64,000 nucleotides of DNA from positions 27,776,001 through 27,840,000 of the forward strand of contig NC_043014.1 of NCBI RefSeq assembly GCF_006345805.1, read 5' to 3'. This stretch comes from Octopus sinensis (Eukaryota). Numbering within the stretch: position 1 is the first letter of the stretch; every line of letters begins with the position of its first letter. The notes beneath the pieces are model-generated. The model was given only the letters and a program-made list of their open reading frames with translations, was not told the origin of the DNA and did not search any database. Below, one piece after another: positions 11,699-23,484 of this stretch. The position numbers were made by a program, and so were the translations under genes.

Positions 11699-13903
11699 TC
11701 AGTTCTGTATATGAGTAACTTGATGGTTGGTTGGTGATTGATAATTTTCTGATTCAGATTCAGCAGTTGTAGAATTGTACTGAACAACTAAAAGAGAGGA
11801 ACTGTTTGAAGAACCATGCTGTAATGCCTTTGATAAATGTGATTTAGTTGGTGATGATTGAAGACAATTTCCATCAGTGACTTTTGTTGACAGTTTGTCT
11901 GTTTGACTTGCTGACCTTATGTCTGTTAACTTGGTATTGTTATTCTGGGTGTCATTTTTATGGTTGTAACACCTATTAGAAAGATCTTTATGCTTAACAG
12001 GAGCAAGCTGGGAGGAAGAATTACTTCTTTCTGATGATTTATTTTGAAGCAAAAAAAAGTCACTGTGTAATTTCCCTTTGGGTGTTGGCTGGTCATCTTC
12101 AGATTGATATTTATATTGACCTTCATGTTGATTTCTTTTAAAACCCATTGGGTTCTTTTCTAGTTGTTCCTGATTTAATGAATGTTTCCTCTGGGAATGA
12201 TCACAAACAGGAACCTGAACCTGGCTTTCATTGGATGTCTCCTGAATGGGCAAAGCATGACAGTCACTCTCTGTCAATTCCTTCAAATGAGAAACCACTT
12301 CTGAGTGAGATATAGAGAGTTTGTTTAAACAGTCTTTTGCAGGAGTGGAATTATCATATGAGCGATTGTATACTGTCAGGCTATTTTCCAGCATTAAGAT
12401 TTCAGTGCTTTGTAAATTATTTGGTGATCTTAGGTGACTGACTGCCAATTTACCATCAGGAACTGTAGGGTCCCTTTCTGGTTTGCTTTCTGAATTCCCA
12501 GAATCATTTGGATCAATTTGATTTGTATAAATATTTTGCTGTGTTACAGGCAAAGATTTCATTTCCTTAATTGAATCCAGGAAAGAATGTTGAGAGTCAT
12601 CTGTTGATTTACTTAAGTTGTTCCTACTGTCCCAGTTTAAATGCAAAATCCCTTCTGATGTATCACCAGTTTTATTGTGGGTACTTCTTGAGTACTGACG
12701 TAATGTTTGGGATGAAGGATCACAGTTTGGCACATATTCATCTGAGGGATATGTAATCTGATTTCTGTTATGGGGATTAAAATAACTGGACTGGCTAATT
12801 GGAAGGGAAGTTGACAACTCAGTTGGTTTTTCCTGGAGATAATTATTCTTTATGGACAGACTGTCTGTTAGAGTACAGTTGGTGCTGGTACACATAAAAT
12901 TCAAGTTGGGTTGTTTACTTTTATGAGTTGTTGAAACTATTTCTCTCGATGATGTTACTGTTTGATGACTTGAAGTCAATTGATTAAATAATGGATAGAA
13001 ATTTGGTTGGTAACCATCTACAGAATTTGAAGAGTTATCTCTCTTAGAATTCTCTTGGAATTGTTGATATCTGTTCAAAATGTACTGGTTATTATTAACA
13101 ATACCAGCAGACAACTTACTGTCATGTTTGTTACGCATATGCTGGTTCAGATGACTACACTGTGCAAAATCACGGTTACACAATGAGCAGTGATATGGCT
13201 TTTCGCCTGTATGAGTTCTCATGTGCTGGGCTAAGTTACTTGATTGCGTGAATTCCTTCAAGCATGTATAGCATTTGTAAGGTTTTTCCCCAGTGTGTCG
13301 ACGTACATGCTGATTCAAGTGGCTTGCTTGTGCAAAGCTTTTGTTGCAATGTGGACAAATAAATAGCTTGATACCAGTATGTGTCAAAGTGTGTTGGTTG
13401 AGTGTTGAGCGTTGGGCAAAATCCTTATCACAGAACGAACATTTGTATGGCCGCTCTCCTGTATGAGTACGCAAGTGCTGCTGTAAATGAGAAGACTGAG
13501 TAAAGTCCTTATTACATAGCTTGCATTTGTAGGGTTTCTCACCCGTGTGCAGTCGCATATGCTGTAGGAGGGTACTTTGTTGTGCAAAACTTCTCTGACA
13601 TACTTTACACTGAAATGGTTTGACTGGACTGTGAATATTTTGATGGGTCTTCAGATTGCCAAGTTGTGAGAAGGATTTCTTACAGTCTGGACACTTGAAA
13701 CACTTAGTGGCGCAAAGCTTCTTTTCGGAGATAGCACCAGCTGTTGAAGACAGTGAAGGCTTTACAGAAGCAGAATAAGGGTGAGGATAATGTGCTACAG
13801 TGACCTCGGAAGAAACAGCCACTGCATGGATTTCTTCAAGACACTCAATTTCATTCTCTTTCAACAAGGCCAGCATATCTTTGGCATTGTAAAATTCTGA
13901 CAT
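11699..13903 (-). CDS. C2H2 zinc-finger transcription factor, 734 aa, 7 tandem fingers plus long S/N/Q/T-rich tail
   Basis: Uninterrupted 2.2-kb ORF. Residues 69-260 hold seven C-x2-C-x12-H-x3/4-H fingers with TGEKP-type linkers; the remainder is low complexity. Specific orthologue not recognised. Confidence 0.93.
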   Translation of the reverse strand: MSEFYNAKDMLALLKENEIECLEEIHAVAVSSEVTVAHYPHPYSASVKPSLSSTAGAISEKKLCATKCFKCPDCKKSFSQLGNLKTHQNIHSPVKPFQCKVCQRSFAQQSTLLQHMRLHTGEKPYKCKLCNKDFTQSSHLQQHLRTHTGERPYKCSFCDKDFAQRSTLNQHTLTHTGIKLFICPHCNKSFAQASHLNQHVRRHTGEKPYKCYTCLKEFTQSSNLAQHMRTHTGEKPYHCSLCNRDFAQCSHLNQHMRNKHDSKLSAGIVNNNQYILNRYQQFQENSKRDNSSNSVDGYQPNFYPLFNQLTSSHQTVTSSREIVSTTHKSKQPNLNFMCTSTNCTLTDSLSIKNNYLQEKPTELSTSLPISQSSYFNPHNRNQITYPSDEYVPNCDPSSQTLRQYSRSTHNKTGDTSEGILHLNWDSRNNLSKSTDDSQHSFLDSIKEMKSLPVTQQNIYTNQIDPNDSGNSESKPERDPTVPDGKLAVSHLRSPNNLQSTEILMLENSLTVYNRSYDNSTPAKDCLNKLSISHSEVVSHLKELTESDCHALPIQETSNESQVQVPVCDHSQRKHSLNQEQLEKNPMGFKRNQHEGQYKYQSEDDQPTPKGKLHSDFFLLQNKSSERSNSSSQLAPVKHKDLSNRCYNHKNDTQNNNTKLTDIRSASQTDKLSTKVTDGNCLQSSPTKSHLSKALQHGSSNSSSLLVVQYNSTTAESESENYQSPTNHQVTHIQN

Positions 13904-15740
13904 AGAATATTTGATGGAATCAAAAATTATTAACGAAATAAATTCATTTTTTCATCATATTTCCTAAGTTGTTTTTCATAATTTTTTCTTCTTTTAGATT
14001 TGGTACAAAACTCACAGGAACAAACAAAAACAATAAAAACTAATAATCTAGATTATTAATCAGTAATTAATAATTAACTGACATTCATAATCAAAACAAT
14101 GACATTTGATTTTGTTTATAAAAAGTAAGGAACTAGCAGTTTTTTTTTAAATTTTGAAGTGAATGAGTCTTCTTCCTCAAATGGTGTTAGGAATAAATGT
14201 CAGACATCTCATTACTTTTCATTCTCACTAATTTTCATTTCATTAATTGGTCATCTCATTAATTTTCATTCAGCTTGAAATAATCCACCTTAGTTTTTCA
14301 AATGTTGTGTGCTGGTTGCAGAAATTAAGTTATATCAAAATTTGCTGGAATATATGGAATCTCCTGGTTATGAGAAATTGCTCTTCTTGGTTTTCCCTCT
14401 TTTTCATGACAAAATGTTCTCTAATAAATGAAAGAAAAAAAAAGAGCATGTAATGCAGCAAATGTACATATTCACACAAACTTCTGTATGTGTATGGATG
14501 TAGCATCTGTGTACACACACTCACACACACACACACACACAGCAGGTTTTTATACAATGTCTACCAAATTCCATTCTCAAGGGTATTTGGCAGGCCTGAG
14601 ACACTTGCATAAAGTGCTATGCAGTGAGATGGCAGCTGAAACCATGCAAATGTAAAGCCAATTGCTTAACCTCACAGCTATGTCTGGTCCTATATAACCA
14701 TGCCTACATATTTATCCTGTTAGTGTTTGAATAAGCTTCAACATGTGAAAGCTTTCAGTTCATATGAGTTTAGAATGATCTTTATGCAGTACATTAATGG
14801 AATGTTTGCAGCAATTCATGTTTAATGGCTGGATGAAAATTTCCAGTGTTTGGAATAAACAAAATAGTTTTTTCTCTTGTCTACATTCATCAGGCTGCAA
14901 AAGGAAAACAAACAACAACAACAATGCCTGCAAGCCATTTTTAAGAATTTGCAATAACATATAGTATTAAGGGGATTAACCCATTAAAGTTTAATCCAGC
15001 CATATCTGGCCAAATATTTTGCCTGTTTTATGTTAAAACTGACCAGATCCAAACTCTCACACATACCTTACAATGGTGGTGGTGTAGATGATGATGATGA
15101 TCATGGTGGAAGAAATGTGAGTGATGGAGATGATTGTGATGATTGTGCTAAGATAGTAATAGGAGATGAAGATGGTGGGATGGGTGGAGGTTGGAGTGGT
15201 TGTGTTAGTGAAACCTATGGTGAAGATGATAATGCTGATGGTGGTGATGAAGAAAGTCATAACAAAGAAAGCAATAGATATTCTCATAGATTTAGAAGGT
15301 CCTCAGCAAAAAGTGCATATGAGCGATAAGTTATTTGTATAGTATCACTGGATTTATATAAGTCCACACAAAACATACAATCATAAATACATGAACACAC
15401 ACACATATCTGCATACATGCATACATACATGCATTCATGCACACACACACACACACACGCACACACACATACACACACAAACAGACATGGCAAGTATACA
15501 AGGACGGATAAACATACATATACATGTAAAATACATTTAAAGGATGAATAATACACAGAGAAATAAATGTAAGTGGAAAGGATGTGTACAATTTTACAGG
15601 AGCCTCAGAAAGGTAAATACTAATATTAGTTCAAAAGAAGTATTTGTTTGAAGGAGCAGCTTTATGCCATCCACTGGATTGGCTTAAATAAACCTTCTTT
15701 CTCTCTTTATATATATATATATTTATACATACGTACATAC

Positions 15741-15804
<64 letters not shown>

Positions 15805-16077
15805 TATAAGTATAAATTAATAATTTTAAAAAATTTTTAATTTTAACTTTAAATTTAAATAATTTAAATTTTGAATTTTATATTTTATATATTATATTAA
15901 TTAATTTTATTTCTATGTTTTGGTTTATGTTTTTCACTGTTTGATTTGCCTAATAGTGGTTTTATCTCTAATTTAATATATATATATATATAGCATGGAA
16001 AGCGGACGCTAAACGATGATGATGATGATGATTATGATGTTTTCATTTTTTATCTTTTTACTTGTTTCAGTCTGTTT

Positions 16078-16265
16078 TCATTCCTCCACTTCACTCTCTA
16101 TCTCATACCTTCTCTAGAATAACTATTGCTTAACCATCTTTTCACTCCGTCTCCGATGAAGGGATATATAAAATATAATGGAAACAGCTGTAAGACCTTC
16201 TATTTATAAATGTTCTGAAATATTTCACAGCCTTGGATTTTTATCTCATTCTGTTAATTTTTTAT
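16078..16265 (+). repeat. Penelope-associated pseudo-LTR-like repeat, copy 1
   Basis: Reverse-complement match to about 23485-23680; contains the hammerhead-like motif. Confidence 0.7.
16149..16196 (+). ncRNA. Minimal type I hammerhead ribozyme motif (stem II damaged)
   Basis: GTCT-CCGATGA-A-GGGATAT-ataaa-ATATaat-G-GAAAC-AGCT-GTA-AGAC. Stem I GTCT/AGAC, palindromic stem III ACAGCTGT; 3' arm of stem II has AAT in place of CCC. Confidence 0.55.
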
Positions 16266-16479
16266 ATATATACATGCTAATATATGACCTACGCTGGACT
16301 TCTCATTCGCATAATCACCGAACCTGGAGCTTAACTATAGTCTGTCCATAGCACTTATTCAGCGTTACCTAACACATTTGGGTCTTCTTGACACCATTAC
16401 CTCTCATAGCATATATATATATATGCATATATACGTACATACTTACCTATATGTATATACATATGCATATATGGGTATA

Positions 16480-17685
16480 GAAACGAATGGAAAACAAGAC
16501 ATTTGTTTCTTTCATTGTTCTCAAAAAAAGTTTGTATTCCATGTTTTCGTATTTCATGTTGTTTACATTCTACTTGTCCGTGATGGAAAATATTCTTCCA
16601 GAACTGTTCTGACCTCATCTACAGAATTCATATTTTTTCTATCTAAATGATTTTGAAAACTGCAGAATAAATGATAATCAGATGAGGCAATGTCCGGCAA
16701 ATGTGTTGGGTGGGTCATCGCTTCCCTTTCAAACTACTCCAGCCTTTGGAATGTCATCCTTGCTGTATATGGCTGAGCATTATCCTGATGGAAGAACACC
16801 GTTCGTCTTGAAACCAAAGATGGTCGTTTTTCTTCTAGTGCTGACTTAAGCTGCTCAAGCTGCTTGCAGTAGATCCCTTTGTTATCGTTTGGTTTGGGTT
16901 TAAAAGTTCAAAGTGGACTAAACTTTTCATCTCCCACCAAACAGATAACAACACCTTATGTGAGTGAAAACCTTCTTTAGCCTGGGGTGCCGGTGTTTCT
17001 CCTTTCCCAACCCACTGTCTTCGGCACTTGACCTTTTTATAGAGAACCCATTTCTTGTCACCAGTCACTATTCAGTCCAAAAAAGTTTCATTCATGAGAC
17101 ATGACAGCAAAGAGCACACATTCACTCCCTGCGTATGATTACACTTGGAAAGTTTGGAGGAACCCATTGATCAAATTTGCTGAGTTTTCCAATGGCACGC
17201 AGGTGTGAATGAATGGTTGAATGACCAAATCCAGGCTTCTCTGCTAGTTCCTCAACAGTTACAATGGGATTTTGTTCCACCAGGGTTTTCAGGACGTCCT
17301 TGTCGAGCTCTATAGATCTTCCAAGACAAAGCTTGCCTTCTAGGCTGTTTTTTCTGGCTCAGAATTTCTGGAACCACCGTTGACACAGGCTTACACTTAT
17401 TTTCTGATCTCCATATACTGCATTAATATTCCTTGCATTTTCCATTACATTGTTGCCTTTATTGAACTCATAAAGCAAAATATGCTCCTTTGTCACTTTC
17501 ATTTTAGCTTTGAAAAAATAATTGTTAAAATCGAACTGCACTCTTCAAAACATGCACTAAGAATAAGAAAAAGGTAAAATGACCACCTGCTTTTATAGCA
17601 AGCTGGTGCAGGTAATTTATCCTGTCCCCCTCCATCTTTTAGTTCATTCTATTGAAAAATCTGCATTATTTATGGGATGACCCAA
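16480..17685 (-). mobile_element. Mariner element (Hsmar1/cecropia-like), decayed, 3' TIR not found
   Basis: 5' TIR ...gcattatttatgggatgacccaa|TA at about 17663-17687. Fragments MKVTKEHILLYEFNKG..CQRWFQKF, TGDKKWVLY..LLSVWW, PDIASSDYHLF. Confidence 0.85.
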
Positions 17686-17959
17686 TATATATATATATAT
17701 AAACTCAATGACCAGTCATAGAGAAACCAATGGTTTTGCATCCACAAAGGGCTTAGCCCTGTGAATGTCTCATCAGACTCTAAAGCCAAAGACAAATATA
17801 ACTCTTCACCTCTGGGAGGCAGGAATCAGTTACAGTCATTTGGTCAGTAAGTCACCAAAGAATTAATAGTCCATTAATTAATAGTTATCACCCTTAGGCC
17901 AGTTTTTGTGGGCCAAAGAGAGGGAATAGGATTTTTCTCTTGGACTGCTTTTAGATTGT

Positions 17960-18330
17960 AAGGGCCTTTCTGAGTCTAATCAGAGAATGGGGAATCCCAT
18001 ACTTGCAGCAGGTAGCATTTGAAATGGATGCAAAAACTGTAAATTTCCTGGTGAGTATTCAGTGATCCAGGTTTTTTGGGAGTCTTTGAGTATCCTTGCT
18101 CTCTCAGCTATACAAAGCCTGCAGTGTTTGCTCCTTTTAATGTAGGGTCCAGCTGGTCTAAGATCCTCCACTTGATATTGTATGGGTCCCTTCATCATTG
18201 AGGTGTCACACATGGATGGCTATGGATGTGACGAATTGTCTTTCTGGATGTCTGAAAGAAGACATGTGGTTGAAGGCTTTCCTGGCTGACCTGATATTTT
18301 TCCAGGCTTGGGTGTTGGTTGTGTTCACAT
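17960..18330 (-). mobile_element. Penelope-like element GIY-YIG endonuclease C-terminal fragment
   Basis: FNHMSSFRHPER..TSIAIHV then QYQVE..AGPYIKRSKHCRLCIAERARILK, matching the PLE pattern NHKSSF...LSKHIW...A.PY...K.C.LCL.EK..IL. Confidence 0.7.
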
Positions 18331-18929
18331 TACTGGCACGCCATCAGTTGGTTCTAGGCCTGGAGATGTTGTTGTTGCCACCAGTGTTGTTGGGGTTGCC
18401 ATCGGTGCTGTTATCATTACAAAATATGGGTCTGTCAATATTGCTGCAGCAGCTGTTACAGTTGTGGTGGACATCTCTGGGCATGACGTTGGTGCAACTG
18501 TTGCTAATGGTGATGTGGGTGCAGTTGTTGGTAATATTGGGTGTGGGGTCAGTAGCCTCCCACACACTTTCTACTCTTACTTGCTCTTATAATATAGGAT
18601 ATCTCTGGACCTCAAGTACACAATCCACCTCATAATCCTTACTACTCTGTCCCTCCCATTTTCATTACCCACTGTTACCAATCTTTCCCCTTTTCTTTCA
18701 ATACTCACTTCCCCAATAATGATTACTCTATTTCTCTCTCCACTACTACCATCTCACAACTTTAAAAATGTTCTTATCATCATATTTCACCCGCCCTCGT
18801 CATTTTCCCTAAAATCATCACACACACACACAAACACTCTCTCTCTCTCTCTCTTCTCTCTTTTTCCTTTCCCACTTTCTATCTCATATTCTTCTTCAAT
18901 TGGGGTCCCTTTTATAGGGAGTCTTGCAA

Positions 18930-19110
18930 GTAACAAGGAGACCTCATTTGCACAGGGGCCATGAAGAAAGCACCAAGTACATTCTGTAAAATAGCTGGCA
19001 TTAGGAAAAGCATCCAGCCATAGGAACCAAGCTAAAACAGACACTGAAGTTCAACACAGTCTTCTGTCTCATCAGATCCAGTTGAACATGGACAGCAGAC
19101 ATTAAGATAC
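18930..19110 (+). mobile_element. RTE-tailed repeat 3' end
   Basis: gctggcattaggaaaagcatccagccatagg...catggacagcagacattaag, homologous to other copies in the window. Confidence 0.55.
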
Positions 19111-19369
19111 AGGCTATTTTTATTACATAAGATACAGGCTATTTTAACGACATACTATTACATAATGTACTAATGTAATATTTAGTAACTACATTTTGGT
19201 CTAACTTCACTTACTTGTAGCATCACTGGCTTTGTTCTTCATAAGTACTAAACATTTGATGAAGGCGAAAACTGAAGACCAATGTGCTCTGAAATATAAA
19301 GAATAATGACAAAGATATCGTGAAATATTATTTTAACAGGGAAGATTTAATATTATTTATACTTGAATA

Positions 19370-20168
19370 TCTCTCTATATATAAACGGCAGTTTGTCTGT
19401 CTGTGTGTCTGTCAGGTTGTACCCTCATCCTGACCACGGCTTTCAACTGATTCTGATGAAACTTGACACACACGTAGCCCAATGTCATAATTCAAAACTA
19501 ACGCAGCGAAAATTTTGAAAAGTTCCCCCAGTTCTGAAAAAAAATCGATAAATTCGACATGGGTCAAGAATCTAAGCTTTTTATATGCAACACATTTTCT
19601 ACGGACTGTCTAGGGGACGCAACTCGACCTTTTTAACTCTCAGAACACGTGGGGTAAGTATCCCAAAATGTATAAAAATGTACAAAAACGGCAAAAAAGC
19701 GGGCAGCAATGTGAGTGACAACAAAGAAAAAGTCAAAAGTGACCAAACTGAACAAACGAATGGAAAAGGTTTTTTGATGCACACGACAAAAGCGGTTTAT
19801 AATAAACCAAGAGTTTGCAAGTAGCGTCCGAGGACCCTTAGGGTACATCAAAAATTTAAGGTAAAACGTTTGGGGTGATAGTTATAAAGAAAGTGTAAAC
19901 AAAAAAAGTATTTGAATAACTTGCGGCTGCAGCAGCTATTAGCAGAAGTGGCGGTGTTGGGGGTAAAGTCTCAAATGTATTTTCTTCCTGGTAGGAATTG
20001 GTTGGGTTGAATTATTGATAGCTGTTTGATAGTTATTTGGGAGTGAAGAGAAGACATTGCAACCTACACATGCGCCTTCGTTCCCTAGAGGGAAAGGACT
20101 AGATTGGGATTAGTCGTTGCCTACTAGGGGCTCTTACATACCCGGGAAATGCTGGGCTATGCTGCTAG
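19370..20168 (+). mobile_element. Non-autonomous Helitron (799 bp)
   Basis: Inserted between A(19369) and T(20169). Starts TC(TCTCTATATATAAA), ends CTAG, with subterminal hairpin CCCGG-gaaatg-CTGGG (20141-20156). CpG-rich, so probably young. Confidence 0.85.
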
Positions 20169-20246
20169 TGTATATATAAAACAAAACAGGAAACTGGAAA
20201 TATTTTGTTTTATTCACCATTACATGTGATTTATTTGCTTATAGGA

Positions 20247-20277
<31 letters not shown>

Positions 20278-20384
20278 TGTATGTATGTATGCATGTGTGT
20301 ATGTGTGTAAGTGTGTATGTATATGTATAAATTATAGCTAACATTGAAATCCTGTGCTTATTATGTATCATGTTACTAATTGGT

Positions 20385-20962
20385 AAAATCAGTGATTGAT
20401 ACTTCTTGATGAAACTATCTTCATCCATACACATAACCTGACCAAACCAGCACAGCCTTCCCTTCTGCACATTATATCTGATCCTCTTATGCTTGATTTT
20501 CCTCTCAATGCATTCGCACTTTGTCGTACATGCTCATAGACGTTGCACATCCTGTGGAAGATGGTAGCTACATTTCTTTCTAGCCTTTGCATGTCCTCTG
20601 CATTCAAGGTCCATGTTTCACCATCATGTACATTACTGTTTATGCACAAGTATAAGAGGTGCTGTGGAATCACAGGAAAGGTAACTGAGAAAGTTGACTC
20701 TGTGTGTGGTAGATGCACAAGAACAATAAATGTTAAGAACACACAAAGAAGAGATTTCCTTGAATACTCAAGTGGATCCTTGGAGGGATTAGATAGTTTC
20801 TGTTACCTAGACAACCTAATTAGCAGTGGTGGAGGAGGCTCTAAAAGCATACTCATTAAAATAAGAACCAGCTGGAGAAAGTTCAGAGAGCTATTACCTC
20901 TGTTGGTAGTTAGAGGCCTCTCTCTCAGAGTATAAATCAGATTGTAAGTATCATACAATCTG
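20385..20962. mobile_element. RTE LINE C-terminal fragment with internal inversion
   Basis: 20651-20946 (+) encodes DSFCYLDNLISSGGG..WRKFRELLPLL..GLSLRV. 20385-20650 (-) encodes the immediately following segment HDGETWTLNAEDMQRLERN..GRLCWFGQV. Confidence 0.8.
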
Positions 20963-21064
20963 GAAACAAGGATTAGAATATATGTATATTAGAATATATG
21001 ATTAGAATATATATATATATATAAATACATATACATATATATACACATATACATATATATATAA

Positions 21065-22810
21065 ATATTCTACCAACTACAGTAAAGACTTTAGAACCCA
21101 GAGAAATAACAGTAAAACTGAGCAATCTCACCAACATAAGAAAAGCCAGAGTATGAAGCAACATGAACACCCATTCTGCCAGGAGTTAAAGAGGAACTAC
21201 AGTAAGAACTCTTCCCTTTTTGTATGCAAACACCCTAATGTACACATTATAAACAAAAAACATGAACAAAATAGATATTCCTCTGATCAGACCATTAGAT
21301 GTAGAACCAACAGATCATTTTCAAAGCCTCAACAAAGACTACCTACAAAAAACTGGGCAAAAAACCAACCTAGAACCGGAAACAATACTAGACCATCCTC
21401 TCAGATCATTAAAATCAATACTAACAAATTGAAGAGGAAGATGTATAATTCCGAAAATAGGATGGAAAACATAACAAAACCAGGTAAAATAACACAACCA
21501 AAACAGAAACTTCAAGACAACACCAGCAAAAATAGAAACCACAGACAAAAAAATTCATTCGTCAGGACAAACACCGGAGAAAAAAACATTCCTAGAGGAA
21601 ACATACCCAAAACAACTGGACATATAGATCCTAAGATAATTAATCTTTCCAAAAGAGATATTGACAATGATGAAACCCAACTCCTGTTAAAGGGCCTGAA
21701 ATTTACACCTACACCAACAGTCAACCACCATGAACTAAAGGAAAATTCTGTCGCAAGTTACGACCTGTGGAATTCTTCACCACCAATAATAATAATAATG
21801 AAACTGAAGATTCCTTAGTGAGGCATATATCAAATTTCACCCCACCAAAAGGCAGAAATATCTACCTTGACCAATATATTGATGCCCTATCAAACTTTCC
21901 CCTAAAACAAAATACCAAAGTTAGGCCGAACATTAACAAATCAGAGATATCTGCACTTAAACGCATACAAAATGATGAAACAATAATAATTAAACAAGCA
22001 GATAGAGGGGGTGCAATCGTTATCATGGATATGGAATACTACAAGGATTTGGTTGAGGACCAACTGAAAGATACAACCTTCTATTATGAAATACCCTCGA
22101 ATATAGACCACCACATCATGAAGAAGATCAACCACCTAATCTCAAAACACTACAACTCACTCATGGACAATGAAAGAGACTGCATCACCAATTTCGAGCC
22201 AAAACCCAGCAACTTTTACGGCTTACCAAAAGAAGATATTCAACAGGCAGTAGAAGAACAAGGAAGGGAATATATAAAAGTGCTATCTCCAAAAGATTTA
22301 AAACTTAGACCAATTATAGCTGGCCCAGCATGCCCTACCCACCATCTAAGCAATTTCATCGATATTATTTTAAAACCACTTTGTACCTACATACCCAGCT
22401 TCATTCAGGATGACATCGATTTTCTATCCCATCTTCCCAAAACCACTGAAACAAATTCAATCCTACTAAGCTTTGATGTAGTAAACCATTACACCAATAT
22501 CCAACATGATTTAGGAATAAAGGCGATCAAATACTGGGTAGATAAACATAGAGAAGCAATTCCCAACAGATTCACAGTGACATTCATGTTAGACTCAGTC
22601 AGACTTATTCTGGAAAACAACACTTTCTTCTTCAATGGAAAGAACTACATCCAGATTAAAGGCACGGCTATGGGAACGAGGTTTGCTCCTGTTTATGCGA
22701 ACTCAGTGATGGGATACTTAGAGCAAAAACTCTACCAGGAAATAGAGGAGAGATACGGCACTGAATTTAGGAAGTATATTGAAAAAGCATGGAAGAGATA
22801 CCTCGACGAT
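21065..22810 (+). mobile_element. Penelope-like element ORF (N-terminal region plus RT), frameshifted and truncated at YLDD
   Basis: PLE motifs LSKR..LLLKGLKFTPTP, IIIKQADRGGAIVIMD, LRPII, LLSFDVVNHYTNI, QIKGTAMGTRFAPVYAN..MGYLE, WKRYLDD. Frameshift near 21745. Confidence 0.9.
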
Positions 22811-22981
22811 TATCCATCACATTCTCACCTGGAATCGATTTTTGTAATTTTTAAAAGACTTATACATGCCCTGATACTGTCGGTATCTACATATCAAATT
22901 TGAGCGCAATCAGATGGAGGATGCCCAAGATCCTAGAAGACACACACACACAGACAGACAGAACGGATTTTATATAATAGA
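22811..22981 (-). mobile_element. Helitron 5' end fragment
   Basis: Minus strand A|TCTATTATATAAAATCCGTTCTGTCTGTCTGTGTG...; same 5' architecture as the 19370 Helitron; 3' part missing. Confidence 0.6.
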
Positions 22982-23007
22982 TAAATAATATGTAAATATA
23001 TGCATAT

Positions 23008-23050
<43 letters not shown>

Positions 23051-23054
23051 TACC

Positions 23055-23105
<51 letters not shown>

Positions 23106-23484
23106 GCACATATGGGTACAAGACATCAAAAAAACGAGACAGAATGAGAAACGAGAACATAAAAAACAAAAGAAGAAAAACTTTTTTTTGAACAAGGGAA
23201 AAACAGAGAAATGAGACATGCAACATAAAGAACATTCCCTTCATCAGTTTTCCCCTGTTTTATCTACTCTGTGTTTTGAAGGTAAGGACAAGATGCGACT
23301 TCATTAAAACACTCCTTCACACAAAGCAAATTAAATAAAATTTGGGATTTTTTACAGAGGGTGAAAGTGGTAACAAAAACAGGACAGTGAGAACAAAACA
23401 GTAAAAACAAACAGTGAGGGCTGCTACACATACATACATACACACATATATATATATATACATACATATATATATACATGTATT

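Noticed and set aside
15030-15329. Asp/Gly-rich ORF
   Set aside because: Decayed (GAT/GGT)n trinucleotide region.
15600-15612. 13-nt micro-exon candidate ttttacAG|GAGCCTCAGAAAG|GTAAAT
   Set aside because: Short motifs expected by chance; no supporting neighbouring exons.
15800-15910. Almost pure A/T stretch
   Set aside because: No periodicity or bounded structure; adjacent to (TA)n and could be degenerate microsatellite or low-quality consensus.
19253-19308. Third hammerhead-like pattern CAT-TTGATGA...GAAAT...ATA-ATG
   Set aside because: C3 is mutated, stem II is only about 3 weak pairs and stem III is not palindromic; too degenerate to call.
23195-23290. CTGATGA-AGGGAA on the minus strand in another repeat
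   Set aside because: No correctly spaced GAAA, stem III or stem I could be built.
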